This document shows, piece by piece, positions 50,419 through 59,376 of a DNA stretch of 64,000 nucleotides; within the stretch, counting starts at the first letter, position 1; each line of letters begins with the position of its first letter. This stretch comes from an uncultured Candidatus Saccharibacteria bacterium (lineage in GTDB: Bacteria; Patescibacteriota; Minisyncoccia; Phycocordibacterales; JABMNX01). Below the pieces are notes generated by a model. That model was not told where the DNA came from. It was given only the letters and a program-made list of their open reading frames with translations, and did not search any database. The DNA lies in the NCBI GenBank assembly GCA_964575755.1, contig CAZNRH010000002.1, positions 70,351-134,350 on the forward strand, given 5' to 3'. The position numbers and the translations under genes were made by a program.

Positions 50419-51027
50419 TTATCTCACAATTTTTATACTATCATCAGTTACTACAAGCGCCTCACTATCGGTCAATGGTAAAATTTCGCAGTCAGCTTTG
50501 TCGCTCCATTCCTTAACCATCTCCTCTTCTTCTTTACAGTAATGTGGTGATATTGCTACTTTTACCAAGTTAAGTCCAGTTGTGTCTTGTAAATTTATAT
50601 CATTTTCATCTGGAGTAGCAGTTAGTCCTATGTCTGGTCCTAAAATCATACTTCCGGCACTCGCTCCTACATAAACTACTCCTTTGTTTATTAATTTTAT
50701 TAAAATCTCATCGAATCCTGATTCTCGGACTTTGTGTAATAAATAAAAAGTATTCCCTCCACAAACATAAACCACATCAATATCTTTCAGTTCCTCGTCT
50801 GTAAGTTTTCTGTCTAAATCAAAACTAATTATATTTTTATCTAGTATTCCTACAGAAATTAATTCTTCTCTAGACTTACCAGTATAAAACAATTGTTCCT
50901 CGTCTATGGCGGCGGTTGGAATAAATAGCACTTTGATTTCTGAAGCTGGTTTATCAACCAATTCCAAAAAAATTTCACCAATTTTTGGATTCTCAAACCC
51001 CCCCGAAGTTAAAAGTATTTTCTTCAT
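50419..51027 (-). CDS. Peptidase S51 (dipeptidase E-like)
   Basis: FIPTA, GGNTFYL, GASAG, PHY. Confidence 0.9.
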   Translation of the reverse strand: MKKILLTSGGFENPKIGEIFLELVDKPASEIKVLFIPTAAIDEEQLFYTGKSREELISVGILDKNIISFDLDRKLTDEELKDIDVVYVCGGNTFYLLHKVRESGFDEILIKLINKGVVYVGASAGSMILGPDIGLTATPDENDINLQDTTGLNLVKVAISPHYCKEEEEMVKEWSDKADCEILPLTDSEALVVTDDSIKIVR

Positions 51028-51031
51028 ATCT

Positions 51032-51814
51032 TTATTTTAACATTACAGATACAAGCCAATCTCTAATATATCTCTTACATGCTTCCTGCTCCTTTACCTC
51101 ATAATAAGAATGGGGAGCACCTTTAATAATTTTAATTTCTTTATTTTCCTCTGGTAGTGCATTATAGAGAACTTCTGTTTGTTCAAAACAAGAGGTGTCC
51201 TCACTTCCTATAATAAGAAGGACTGGCATGGTAACTTTGGTGATATTTGGAAATAGATCATGCTGGAGTCTTTCTTCAAACTGAAACCAGTAATTCCTTT
51301 TTATATTACCGTCTTTTCCAATTTTTTCTATAACACCTTTTTCTTTCAGTTCTTTAAATTTTTCAGGATGATATCTTTTTTGAGCTTCAAAAGACATTTT
51401 TCCAGATGCTACAGGAGCAACGGGGACGACATAACTCACTTCTTCTGGGTGTTCTTCCGCATACCTTATTGCAGAATATCCACCTTTTGAATGACCTGTT
51501 AGAGCGAGTGGTCCAACAAACCAGTCTTGTTTTTGAGCCCATTTTGTTACATCTTCAAAATCTTCCCAGTGTAATCCCAATGTAGATTTTTCATAGTCCC
51601 CATCACTTTCACCAAATGAGTTTGTGGTATCAAAATTGAATGTTTGAAATCCTGATTCTAGAAAGGCACCTTTCATTGCTTGTACAGTAGGTTTATTTCT
51701 ATTTCCACCCCAGCCATGCTGAACAATACAGGTACCTTTTATTTCTCCTTTAGGTATTTCTAGAACCCCTACTATTTTTTGACCTTTTCTGTTTTTTAGT
51801 TCTATTTTCTCCAT
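51032..51814 (-). CDS. Alpha/beta hydrolase
   Basis: HGWGG, GHSKGG, GSED, GAPH. Confidence 0.9.
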   Translation of the reverse strand: MEKIELKNRKGQKIVGVLEIPKGEIKGTCIVQHGWGGNRNKPTVQAMKGAFLESGFQTFNFDTTNSFGESDGDYEKSTLGLHWEDFEDVTKWAQKQDWFVGPLALTGHSKGGYSAIRYAEEHPEEVSYVVPVAPVASGKMSFEAQKRYHPEKFKELKEKGVIEKIGKDGNIKRNYWFQFEERLQHDLFPNITKVTMPVLLIIGSEDTSCFEQTEVLYNALPEENKEIKIIKGAPHSYYEVKEQEACKRYIRDWLVSVMLK

Positions 51815-51833
51815 GTTTTTATCTTATCACAAT

Positions 51834-53318
51834 CTAAAGTTCTTTTAATTTCTTGTAGATTTCTACCATAGCAAGAGTATCTAGCTCACAATACTTTAAC
51901 AGGTTTTCTCGTGTCTTTTCAATATCTCCTTGTTGCATGTCCCTTTTTATCATCTTCTCCCACTCACTGAGTGCCATTGTACCATCTTGAATATCCAAAC
52001 TCTTATATGAAAGCTCTGGCAGAAGTACTGGTAGAACTTTTTTAATAGAAGCACTTCCCTTAAACTCTGGGTCCAAGTAATCTTTCTTAAATACCTTCAT
52101 CAAGTCAAACACCCTGCTATTTATATCCTCCAAAAAGCTCCTGTCTTCAGGATGAAGCTCCATAAGCTCCATATTTCTAGCCTTCTCAAAGCTCTCATAC
52201 CACACCACAACACTGCCCACGGGGCCTATATGAGCCTTGAGAGTGTCTACTAAGCTTTTTGTAGCGCCTGCGAGTTTATCAGCTAAATACTCAAAATGCT
52301 CAAGTTTACCATCTTCACTTAGTTTATGTATAGAGACCTGAAATACAAGCTGTTGATTCGTCTTGTATCGATCAAGTAGAGGTATCGGTGAGCCGTACGT
52401 CTCATAATCTAAGAAATATATAGGGAATACTAATTCAGACAGTGTCTTTTCAATAGCCTCCTTATTAATTCGAGGTCTTCCAGAAACCTGCAAGCTTACT
52501 TTGTCATTTTGAATATCAGTTAAGTCAAAACCCTCTGGAATATCTTTAATATTCACAATTCCATCTGCTAAAAGTAATCGGAGTTTATTACCCGCTACAA
52601 TATGGTGCACCGAGTATTCAGGTACTTGAGGGTTAAATTTAAAGAAAGAGTCGCATCTCTGGCCATGTGTTTTGTAGAGGCACTCACATCCCTCAAGCAA
52701 TATGTCGTCTTTGTCTAAAGTTTCGAGAGCGACTTTGATTTCATCTCGCACCACATCCTTTTGTTCTGTTACTGTATCTGTTATATTTTCAATTACAAAA
52801 AGCTGTTTAATGTCCACCTCCCCACTCCTCCTATATTTCTTATTAATATATACGATGTAGCTGTCGCCGACTTCGACTCCAGCATCCTCCACCACAATAG
52901 TCTGAAAGACGACGTCTTTAATATGATTGTGTTTTAAATCTGTTTTTATTTCAGAGCTCGCTTTGATCTCGTACAAGTCCCACTTGGAAGTTTCCTTATT
53001 AAAATTAAGCATATCAACTTTAGCGAAAAGCCCCTGCTTTGTTTCAAATGTAGCTTGAAAAATTGGCTTCTTATCATTTTCTTTGTCCTTAAGAAGCTCT
53101 TTTGTCTTCGACAAAAGAGCTTCCTTGTCTCCAGACACGAAAACACCATCAGGAAAAAGCTTCTGCACATACGACTCAACCTCGTATCCATCTTTTATAA
53201 GTTTCTTAAGGAAAAGAGAAAACTCCCCCGCCACATACTCCTCCGGACGTTTCTTCTTCAACCACAAGCTCTTCCCACACAACAACCACTCCTTAAATTC
53301 TGTCTTAGTCAGTTTCAT
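51834..53318 (-). CDS. DUF2779 domain protein (PD-(D/E)XK-like N-terminus, RNase H-like C-terminus)
   Basis: VDML..LYEIKAS, YFLDYET, SASIKKVLP, YCELDT. Confidence 0.8.
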   Translation of the reverse strand: MKLTKTEFKEWLLCGKSLWLKKKRPEEYVAGEFSLFLKKLIKDGYEVESYVQKLFPDGVFVSGDKEALLSKTKELLKDKENDKKPIFQATFETKQGLFAKVDMLNFNKETSKWDLYEIKASSEIKTDLKHNHIKDVVFQTIVVEDAGVEVGDSYIVYINKKYRRSGEVDIKQLFVIENITDTVTEQKDVVRDEIKVALETLDKDDILLEGCECLYKTHGQRCDSFFKFNPQVPEYSVHHIVAGNKLRLLLADGIVNIKDIPEGFDLTDIQNDKVSLQVSGRPRINKEAIEKTLSELVFPIYFLDYETYGSPIPLLDRYKTNQQLVFQVSIHKLSEDGKLEHFEYLADKLAGATKSLVDTLKAHIGPVGSVVVWYESFEKARNMELMELHPEDRSFLEDINSRVFDLMKVFKKDYLDPEFKGSASIKKVLPVLLPELSYKSLDIQDGTMALSEWEKMIKRDMQQGDIEKTRENLLKYCELDTLAMVEIYKKLKEL

Positions 53319-53364
53319 TTTGTTAGTTTACCACACAGCCTAAAAACCGCTCTCCCAAGCCCAA

Positions 53365-53396
53365 CCCGCCTCGCAAGCGAGAGCGTTGCAGGCAGG
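53365..53396. repeat. REP-like 32 bp repeat, copy 1
   Basis: CCCGCCTCGCAAGCGAGAGCGTTGCAGGCAGG identical to 57768-57799. Confidence 0.85.
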
Positions 53397-53427
53397 CAAA
53401 TTAAATGCCCCAACCCATGTGGGGCAT

Positions 53428-53559
53428 TTAATTCTTATCTTTCCCCCGTTTCTCTTCCCTCTGTCTTGAAACTAAGTCTTCTACACTCTTACGACTCGTA
53501 AAATACGCCCCAAGCGCAGCACCCACAACAGCAACAATAATTAAAATAAGGATATTCAT
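53428..53559 (-). pseudogene. Short membrane-anchored ORF, probably truncated
   Basis: MNILILIIVAVVGAALGAYFTSRK...DKN*. Confidence 0.45.
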
Positions 53560-53675
53560 GGTTTTATTTTAGCATGACACCACAAAAACCTCCCCCGCAA
53601 TAGAAGGTGTTGTGGACAGGCAAAATAAACAGCCAGAGTACTCATGCTATTTAATTTTTATATTCTGGCAAAAAA

Positions 53676-54398
53676 TTATTTTTCTATATCTGATATGATC
53701 TGCCTTCTAAAAGCAGTCAGTCTTTTACCTCCCATTTTTTCATATACACTTAGTTCCACATGATGTTTTTTACACAAAAAACAAAGACTATTTTTCTTTG
53801 AATGTAGATGTATGTACTGTAATAATATTTTATATACGTCGTATTTCTCTGTACCAGAAATGTATCCGTGGTCACATGCTATCTTCAAATTATCCGGTCT
53901 ACTTTTTTGAAGGTGTACTGTATCTAAATCATTCCTATTGCACTCTGGGAACTGACAAGTTGTCACAATCTTCTTTAATGGACTAAAAAAACTTTGAGTT
54001 ATATTGCGGACTTCACCTGACAACATAGTAAGCACCTTTAAATCTGAGTTTGTAACAATATAAATGTCTCTATATTTCTCAAAAAACTTTGGCTTAGTAG
54101 ACTTAAAAATAATATCAACTTTTTTTCTATCTTGAGCGACCATAATACCTTTAATAATCGCCAAGCTCTCTTGTTTACGAAAACAAAATAGCTTATTTTT
54201 GTCTTTATCTTGAATATTATATTTTTTAAGTATTTTCCACGACTTGAATCCTTTACTATTTACTGAATCATGTCCAAGCATATTATCAAGCTGCCTAGTT
54301 GACAGGCCTGATTTCAAGAAATGTAGCAAAACATCTTTATCTTTAGTATTAAATTTCATAGTATTAATATACTCGTTTACCAAGTAAAACAAAACCAA
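53676..54398 (-). CDS. Hypothetical protein with HNH/Zn-finger-like C-terminus
   Basis: CQFPEC...H...LCFLCKKHH; start may be MKFNTK (54359). Confidence 0.55.
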   Translation of the reverse strand: MVLFYLVNEYINTMKFNTKDKDVLLHFLKSGLSTRQLDNMLGHDSVNSKGFKSWKILKKYNIQDKDKNKLFCFRKQESLAIIKGIMVAQDRKKVDIIFKSTKPKFFEKYRDIYIVTNSDLKVLTMLSGEVRNITQSFFSPLKKIVTTCQFPECNRNDLDTVHLQKSRPDNLKIACDHGYISGTEKYDVYKILLQYIHLHSKKNSLCFLCKKHHVELSVYEKMGGKRLTAFRRQIISDIEK

Positions 54399-54581
54399 CT
54401 AGTGATACATAGGTTGCCATTACCTCACTTGTCAAGTTTTATAACAAGCCAACAGAGTAATAAGTACGAGTTGTAGAAGAAAAAAGCGTGTTTAATACAA
54501 AAAAACGAGCAATTACCGTGTTATCATTTATGGTATATCAAAAAGAGAAAATTGATATAATCAATTATATAAAATAACTTT

Positions 54582-56435
54582 ATGCAAAAAGATTTAGAGA
54601 AAACTTTAAATAATTATAGTCCTTTTATTATTGAAACAGCTCTTGTTCAATTATTTATTGACTCTAATAATTTAACTGTAAAAAAAAATGAACTTATTAG
54701 ATCTCTACTAGAAAATAAAAGTGAAGAAATTCTGAAAGCTAAGGAGTTTCTAATAAACAAGATAGAAACAAAAAATATAATCGACTTTGTAAATATATTT
54801 GAATTACTAATTCCTTTAGATGATAAAAAAAATAACGGAGCCTTCTTTACTCCGTCAAATATTACTGATTTTATAGTTTCTGAAACAATAGACTCAAGAT
54901 CTCAGAGAATTCTAGACCCTAGTTGCGGGTGTGGCGCTTTCCTTATCTCTGCCACAGACTTTATTGCAAAAAAATATAATAAGAGTGTCACGAAAACAAT
55001 TGAAGAAAATATATTTGGAGTGGACATAGCAAAATACAGCATAAAAAGAGCTAAAATTCTTCTTTCGCTTCTCGCTCTTAAAAATAATGAGGATAAAAAA
55101 GAAATAAAATTCAATCTTAAAACAAAAGACAGTTTGACGACTGACTGGAAAAAATTATTTCCAGAAATAAAAAATGGGTTCGACGTGGTTATAGGTAATC
55201 CTCCTTATGTTAAATTCCAAGACCTTAACGAAGACCTAAGGAAAAGTCTGTCTAAAAATTGGCAAACCCTAAATACTGGAAATTATAATCTTTATTTTGC
55301 CTTCTTTGAGTTAGGAATTAGTGTTATGAAAAATACTGGAGTACTTGGTTATATTACACCTAACAACTATTTTACTTCCTTAGCGGGAATTCATCTCAGA
55401 GAATTCCTAGAATCTAATAGGTTAATAGAAAAAATTATTGATTTCAACCACTTTAAAGTTTTTGATGCTCAAACATATACAAGTATAAGTTTTTTAAGTA
55501 AAGGTAATAACGTATCTTTCGATTATGAAAAAATCGATGACTGTGCGAAATTAAATTCATTAAAAAAATTACAATACTCGAAAATAAATTTTAGTGATTT
55601 AAATAATAAAAAATGGCGACTTCTACGTCATGGTGATCAAGAGAATATAAAAAAAATTGAAAATATAGGTAGAAAACTAGGAGATATAGTAAAAATTAGA
55701 GTTGGAGTAGCTACATGCAAAGATTCTGTGTACTTTGTGGACGGTTCAACTTTTGATGGAAAATATTTACATAAATCATACAACGGGAAGGATTATTTTA
55801 TTGAAAAAGACATTACTCAATCAATAGCAAAAATTTCTGACTTTAAAGCACAAGATGACCTAGGCGAAAACAATCGAAGAATAATTTTCCCTTATAGAAA
55901 AAAAAATAGAAACGTAGAAATCATTGAGGAAGATAAGTTAAAAAAAAAATACCCTTATTGTTATAAGTATCTTATGGCTGCTAAGTCAGAACTGGCATCA
56001 AGAGACAAGGGAGCTGTTAATTATCCAGAATGGTACGCCTACGCAAGAACCCAAGGACTTAATTTTTTAGGGAAAAAGCTACTTACTCCAACATTCAGCT
56101 CTAAGCCAAGGTTTCTGCTTGAAAAGAATGAAAATACACTATTCTGTAACGGATATGCTATTTACTTAGACAATAGACCGTCTTTATTTTACAAAACTGA
56201 ACAAAAATTAAATCTGTCCATTCTTAGCAAAATACTCAATTCGTCTATAATGGAATACTACATTAAACAAACTAGCGTATCTATTGATGGTGGGTACCCA
56301 TGCTATCAAAAGAATTTTATTGAACTGTTAGGAATTCCGGACTTCACCTCAAACGAACTAGGTTACTTAAACAGGGAAAAAGATGGAAAATTAATTAATG
56401 ATTTTTTAACAGGTAAATACGGTGTGCAAATCTAG
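54582..56435 (+). CDS. N6-adenine DNA methyltransferase (gamma, TaqI/Eco57I-like)
   Basis: FFTP, LDPSCGCGAF, GNPPY, C-terminal TRD. Confidence 0.93.
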   Translation: MQKDLEKTLNNYSPFIIETALVQLFIDSNNLTVKKNELIRSLLENKSEEILKAKEFLINKIETKNIIDFVNIFELLIPLDDKKNNGAFFTPSNITDFIVSETIDSRSQRILDPSCGCGAFLISATDFIAKKYNKSVTKTIEENIFGVDIAKYSIKRAKILLSLLALKNNEDKKEIKFNLKTKDSLTTDWKKLFPEIKNGFDVVIGNPPYVKFQDLNEDLRKSLSKNWQTLNTGNYNLYFAFFELGISVMKNTGVLGYITPNNYFTSLAGIHLREFLESNRLIEKIIDFNHFKVFDAQTYTSISFLSKGNNVSFDYEKIDDCAKLNSLKKLQYSKINFSDLNNKKWRLLRHGDQENIKKIENIGRKLGDIVKIRVGVATCKDSVYFVDGSTFDGKYLHKSYNGKDYFIEKDITQSIAKISDFKAQDDLGENNRRIIFPYRKKNRNVEIIEEDKLKKKYPYCYKYLMAAKSELASRDKGAVNYPEWYAYARTQGLNFLGKKLLTPTFSSKPRFLLEKNENTLFCNGYAIYLDNRPSLFYKTEQKLNLSILSKILNSSIMEYYIKQTSVSIDGGYPCYQKNFIELLGIPDFTSNELGYLNREKDGKLINDFLTGKYGVQI

Positions 56436-57235
56436 AAAATATCTTTACTCCCGAATCTTTTAGTATAAATATCTAACATATCTTTTGTAAATCCACTTAT
56501 TGTAAGATTTTTCAAGTTGACTTTTGTGTTTTTAGAAACCAACCCATCCATCTTCAACTCTTTAATTGAAGAATAAAGTTTAGGGCTTTTTTTTCTGAAA
56601 TCAACAATTAAAAGACAGACTCTTTCATATTTATACTCGTTTCCTTTTATAGAATGTCTGTTATTAATGGCTTGAAACATTCGTATGTATTCTTCTATAT
56701 TTGAAACTGACTTGAATTCTACTTTATTTTGCAACATTGCTTTATCATCATATTCGTGAGTAGGTATTAAGTATACTTCTCCCATACACTGTTTAGGATG
56801 ATTTAAATGTAAGTTTAAAGCTTCTGCAAACGTTCTCTCATATAAAGTGTCAATGTTTTTCTTTAAGCTACTTAATTGACTACGTACATTAACGCTAATA
56901 ATCCTTTTTATTCTAGGATCATCAGTATTAGTTATAGGTATCAACTCAATATTAGGAATAATGACGATGTCTTGGTTTTTTGACTTTAAAAACCCTTTGA
57001 TTTTAATCTCAGGACTAGATTCTCCAACTGGTGGAAAAATCTTTTGTGATTGAACTTTATTTTCTACAAAATCTCTTTTTATAAAATCATGAATAATATT
57101 TATTATTTTTTGGGAACGAATTAAAGCTTCTTTGGCTTTATGTCCATTTTCATATGTATTACCATTAAACTTCGAAGTGGTAATTGCTTCGTCATAATCT
57201 TTCTTTATTTTTTTGAGAACCTGTTGTATTGTCAT
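56432..57235 (-). CDS. Putative type II restriction endonuclease
   Basis: Convergent with the MTase; QDIVI...SVNVRSQ PD-(D/E)XK-like core. Confidence 0.7.
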   Translation of the reverse strand: MTIQQVLKKIKKDYDEAITTSKFNGNTYENGHKAKEALIRSQKIINIIHDFIKRDFVENKVQSQKIFPPVGESSPEIKIKGFLKSKNQDIVIIPNIELIPITNTDDPRIKRIISVNVRSQLSSLKKNIDTLYERTFAEALNLHLNHPKQCMGEVYLIPTHEYDDKAMLQNKVEFKSVSNIEEYIRMFQAINNRHSIKGNEYKYERVCLLIVDFRKKSPKLYSSIKELKMDGLVSKNTKVNLKNLTISGFTKDMLDIYTKRFGSKDIF

Positions 57236-57346
57236 AATTATCTTAAAACTACGTTAAAAGGTATACTCCCACAAAATATAGCTAAAATCAATGAAAAAAC
57301 AAATCTCCCCGAGGTTAAACCTCGGGGAGTATACAAGTATTCTTGA

Positions 57347-57685
57347 CTAAGATCTGGGAGTATTATTTTTTAAATAACCGTCCATAATTCTAGTTAACCG
57401 AAGTGCTTTGCGACGCAATCTTTTTGTTTTTATACGTGAGAGAGCATCTAAAAACTCTATAAGAGAACTATCTATTTTTTTGACGGCAATTTCTAAAGAT
57501 TCATTTACGCTTATGAAATCTGTTACTTCATTTAGAAGAATCTTCCTTCTAGCTATTATTTCATTCACCACCAACTTCGAACAGTTAATAGGGGTTGACG
57601 TGGAGATGAGACCACGAGTTGATCCTCTACTAAAGTTCACCTTAAGAACACTGCTACTTGTTCTCATGACAGGTTTCCTTTCCAT
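57347..57685 (-). CDS. Orphan hypothetical protein
   Basis: 112 aa, followed by hairpin 57306-57329. Confidence 0.45.
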   Translation of the reverse strand: MERKPVMRTSSSVLKVNFSRGSTRGLISTSTPINCSKLVVNEIIARRKILLNEVTDFISVNESLEIAVKKIDSSLIEFLDALSRIKTKRLRRKALRLTRIMDGYLKNNTPRS

Positions 57686-57767
57686 TACTGTTTATTATTC
57701 CAGTCTCTCTAATCTAAAAGTACCACGTTTAATCATTTAATCAATGAAATTAAATAGTAGTACCCCG

Positions 57768-57799
57768 CCCGCCTCGCAAGCGAGAGCGTTGCAGGCAGG
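57768..57799. repeat. REP-like 32 bp repeat, copy 2
   Basis: Identical to 53365-53396, same orientation. Confidence 0.85.
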
Positions 57800-58000
57800 T
57801 CTGGTTGTTTAATTTTTGTGTAATTTGAGTAGTTTTAAGCGTTTTTGTATCAACTGAATGTCGTCGGACGACCCTCAGCACAAACCTTGATATTTCTATC
57901 TGTAATATAAACCTATTACGCCAAACAAAGGAGCTAACTCACTCAATCTTTGATCTAAATACCCATCTAGAGACGAATTGCATGATAACCTCCCTTTATA

Positions 58001-58296
58001 TCACCACGTGACAACACTATCTGCCAAAGACTGAATAATCGATACTACATCAATATTTATTTTTGCAAGAGAAAGCCAGTCTTTTTGAATCTGTTCATGG
58101 GTTGTGCCAGTCAACTCTTCGAGTTCGGAGAACAATGAGTCTAAAGAAATCTTTCCAACATCAGCTGGTTGTAGGTACTCATCTTTCAGTCTGTATGCTT
58201 TTTCTTTCGGAAAAAACCTTTAAAACTAAATTGGTACAACTTCAGAACAAATAACACCGAAGAAGTCGAAGGCAATATTTTTTTATTAATGCTCAT
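58001..58296 (-). pseudogene. Frameshifted, truncated HAD-family phosphatase
   Basis: IAFDFFGVICSE out of frame with the ATG; later frame DEYLQPADVGKIS... Confidence 0.6.
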
Positions 58297-58372
58297 ATGT
58301 TTAATTTTAACGCAACCAACACAAGTGTGATACTCGCTTGTCAACAAGCTACCTCGTGCTAGCTCTAAGTTG

Positions 58373-58459
58373 CGGAGATGAGAGGATTCGAACCCCTGAT
58401 ACGGTTTCCCGTATGCCACTTTTCGAAAGCGGTGCCTTCAACCACTCAGCCACATCTCC
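58373..58459 (-). tRNA. tRNA-Ser(CGA)
   Basis: CCGCT-TTCGAAA-AGTGG, long variable arm. Confidence 0.93.
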
Positions 58460-58558
58460 CATTACACCTATATGGTTAACAGCGTAGCATTTTTGCACAA
58501 ATACTAAAAGTATTGTATTATTCTCAAACGACTCATATATGTGAGTCGTTTAAAATAT

Positions 58559-58633
58559 GGCCCTATCGTCTAACGGTTAGGACATCAGGTTTTCAATCTG
58601 GTAATCAGAGTTCGATTCTCTGTAGGGTCACCA
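58559..58633 (+). tRNA. tRNA-Glu(TTC), CCA encoded
   Basis: TCAGG-TTTTCAA-TCTGG; ends ...GGGTCACCA. Confidence 0.93.
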
Positions 58634-58747
58634 ATTTTTAAACTATATATACCAACGTATTTTTAATGTACCTAAAGGGACGTTGGAACCTTATATTTCT
58701 AATAAAATAGAAAAGATAAACTGAAATTTGAACTAAAGAGAACCAAC

Positions 58748-59106
58748 ATTGAAGTGCAACACTTCGCATATTTTGATTAAAAACTTCTAATGGTGTTTTC
58801 CAACCCAAACGCTTCCTTGGGCGTGTATTCTACCATAGCTAATTCTTCCTCTGACACTTTGGTGAAGTCCGTACCTTTTGGATGGTAATCTCTCAGTAAT
58901 CCATTGGTATTTTCATCACTACCTCTCTCACTAGAGCAGTAGGGATGACAGAAGTATGTATTTGTATTGAGTTGAGTCTCAATATCGCGCCATCCTGCAT
59001 TTTCACTACCGTTATCAAACGTAATAGTATGTGTAGGGAGTGATTGTAGACGTTTCACAATAGCTTCTGTAGTCGCGGTACTCCCTTGTTCGTAAAGTTT
59101 AGTAAT
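58748..59106 (-). mobile_element. IS30-family transposase C-terminal remnant with right end
   Basis: TITFDNGSE, YFCHPYCSSERGSDENTNGLLR; TGTTGCACTTCAA end-like sequence. Confidence 0.85.
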
Positions 59107-59329
59107 GGTAGAGCTTGGTAACGAAAATAGAACTCTTGTATACGAAGTAACAGTAGGAACACAAGAAGTCAAAGTAGATGCAGGCAATGGGTCTGTGCTA
59201 CACATTGGTAACGATGACAATGAAAAAGAATCCGCAGAGTCAGAAGAATCTGAATCTGAAAAAGGTGGAGACTTTGACAAAAATGGCATCGATCACCAGT
59301 TTGAAGGAGAGGAAGAGCATACTGATTAA
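59105..59329 (+). pseudogene. PepSY-domain protein C-terminal remnant
   Basis: ELGNENRTLVYEVTV...EVKVDAGNGSVL; abuts the IS30 fragment. Confidence 0.65.
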
Positions 59330-59376
59330 ACCACATCTTCTTTTCTGCTCAAAAACCTCTTTATAGAAAGGGGTCT

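Noticed and set aside
48983-53318. Integron-like cassette array of co-oriented accessory genes
   Set aside because: Spacers are mostly a few bp with no shared recombination sites; it reads as an ordinary accessory run.
58777-59289. 170-aa ORF as an intact transposase
   Set aside because: The N-terminal part is the antisense of the PepSY remnant; only the IS30 C-terminus is real.
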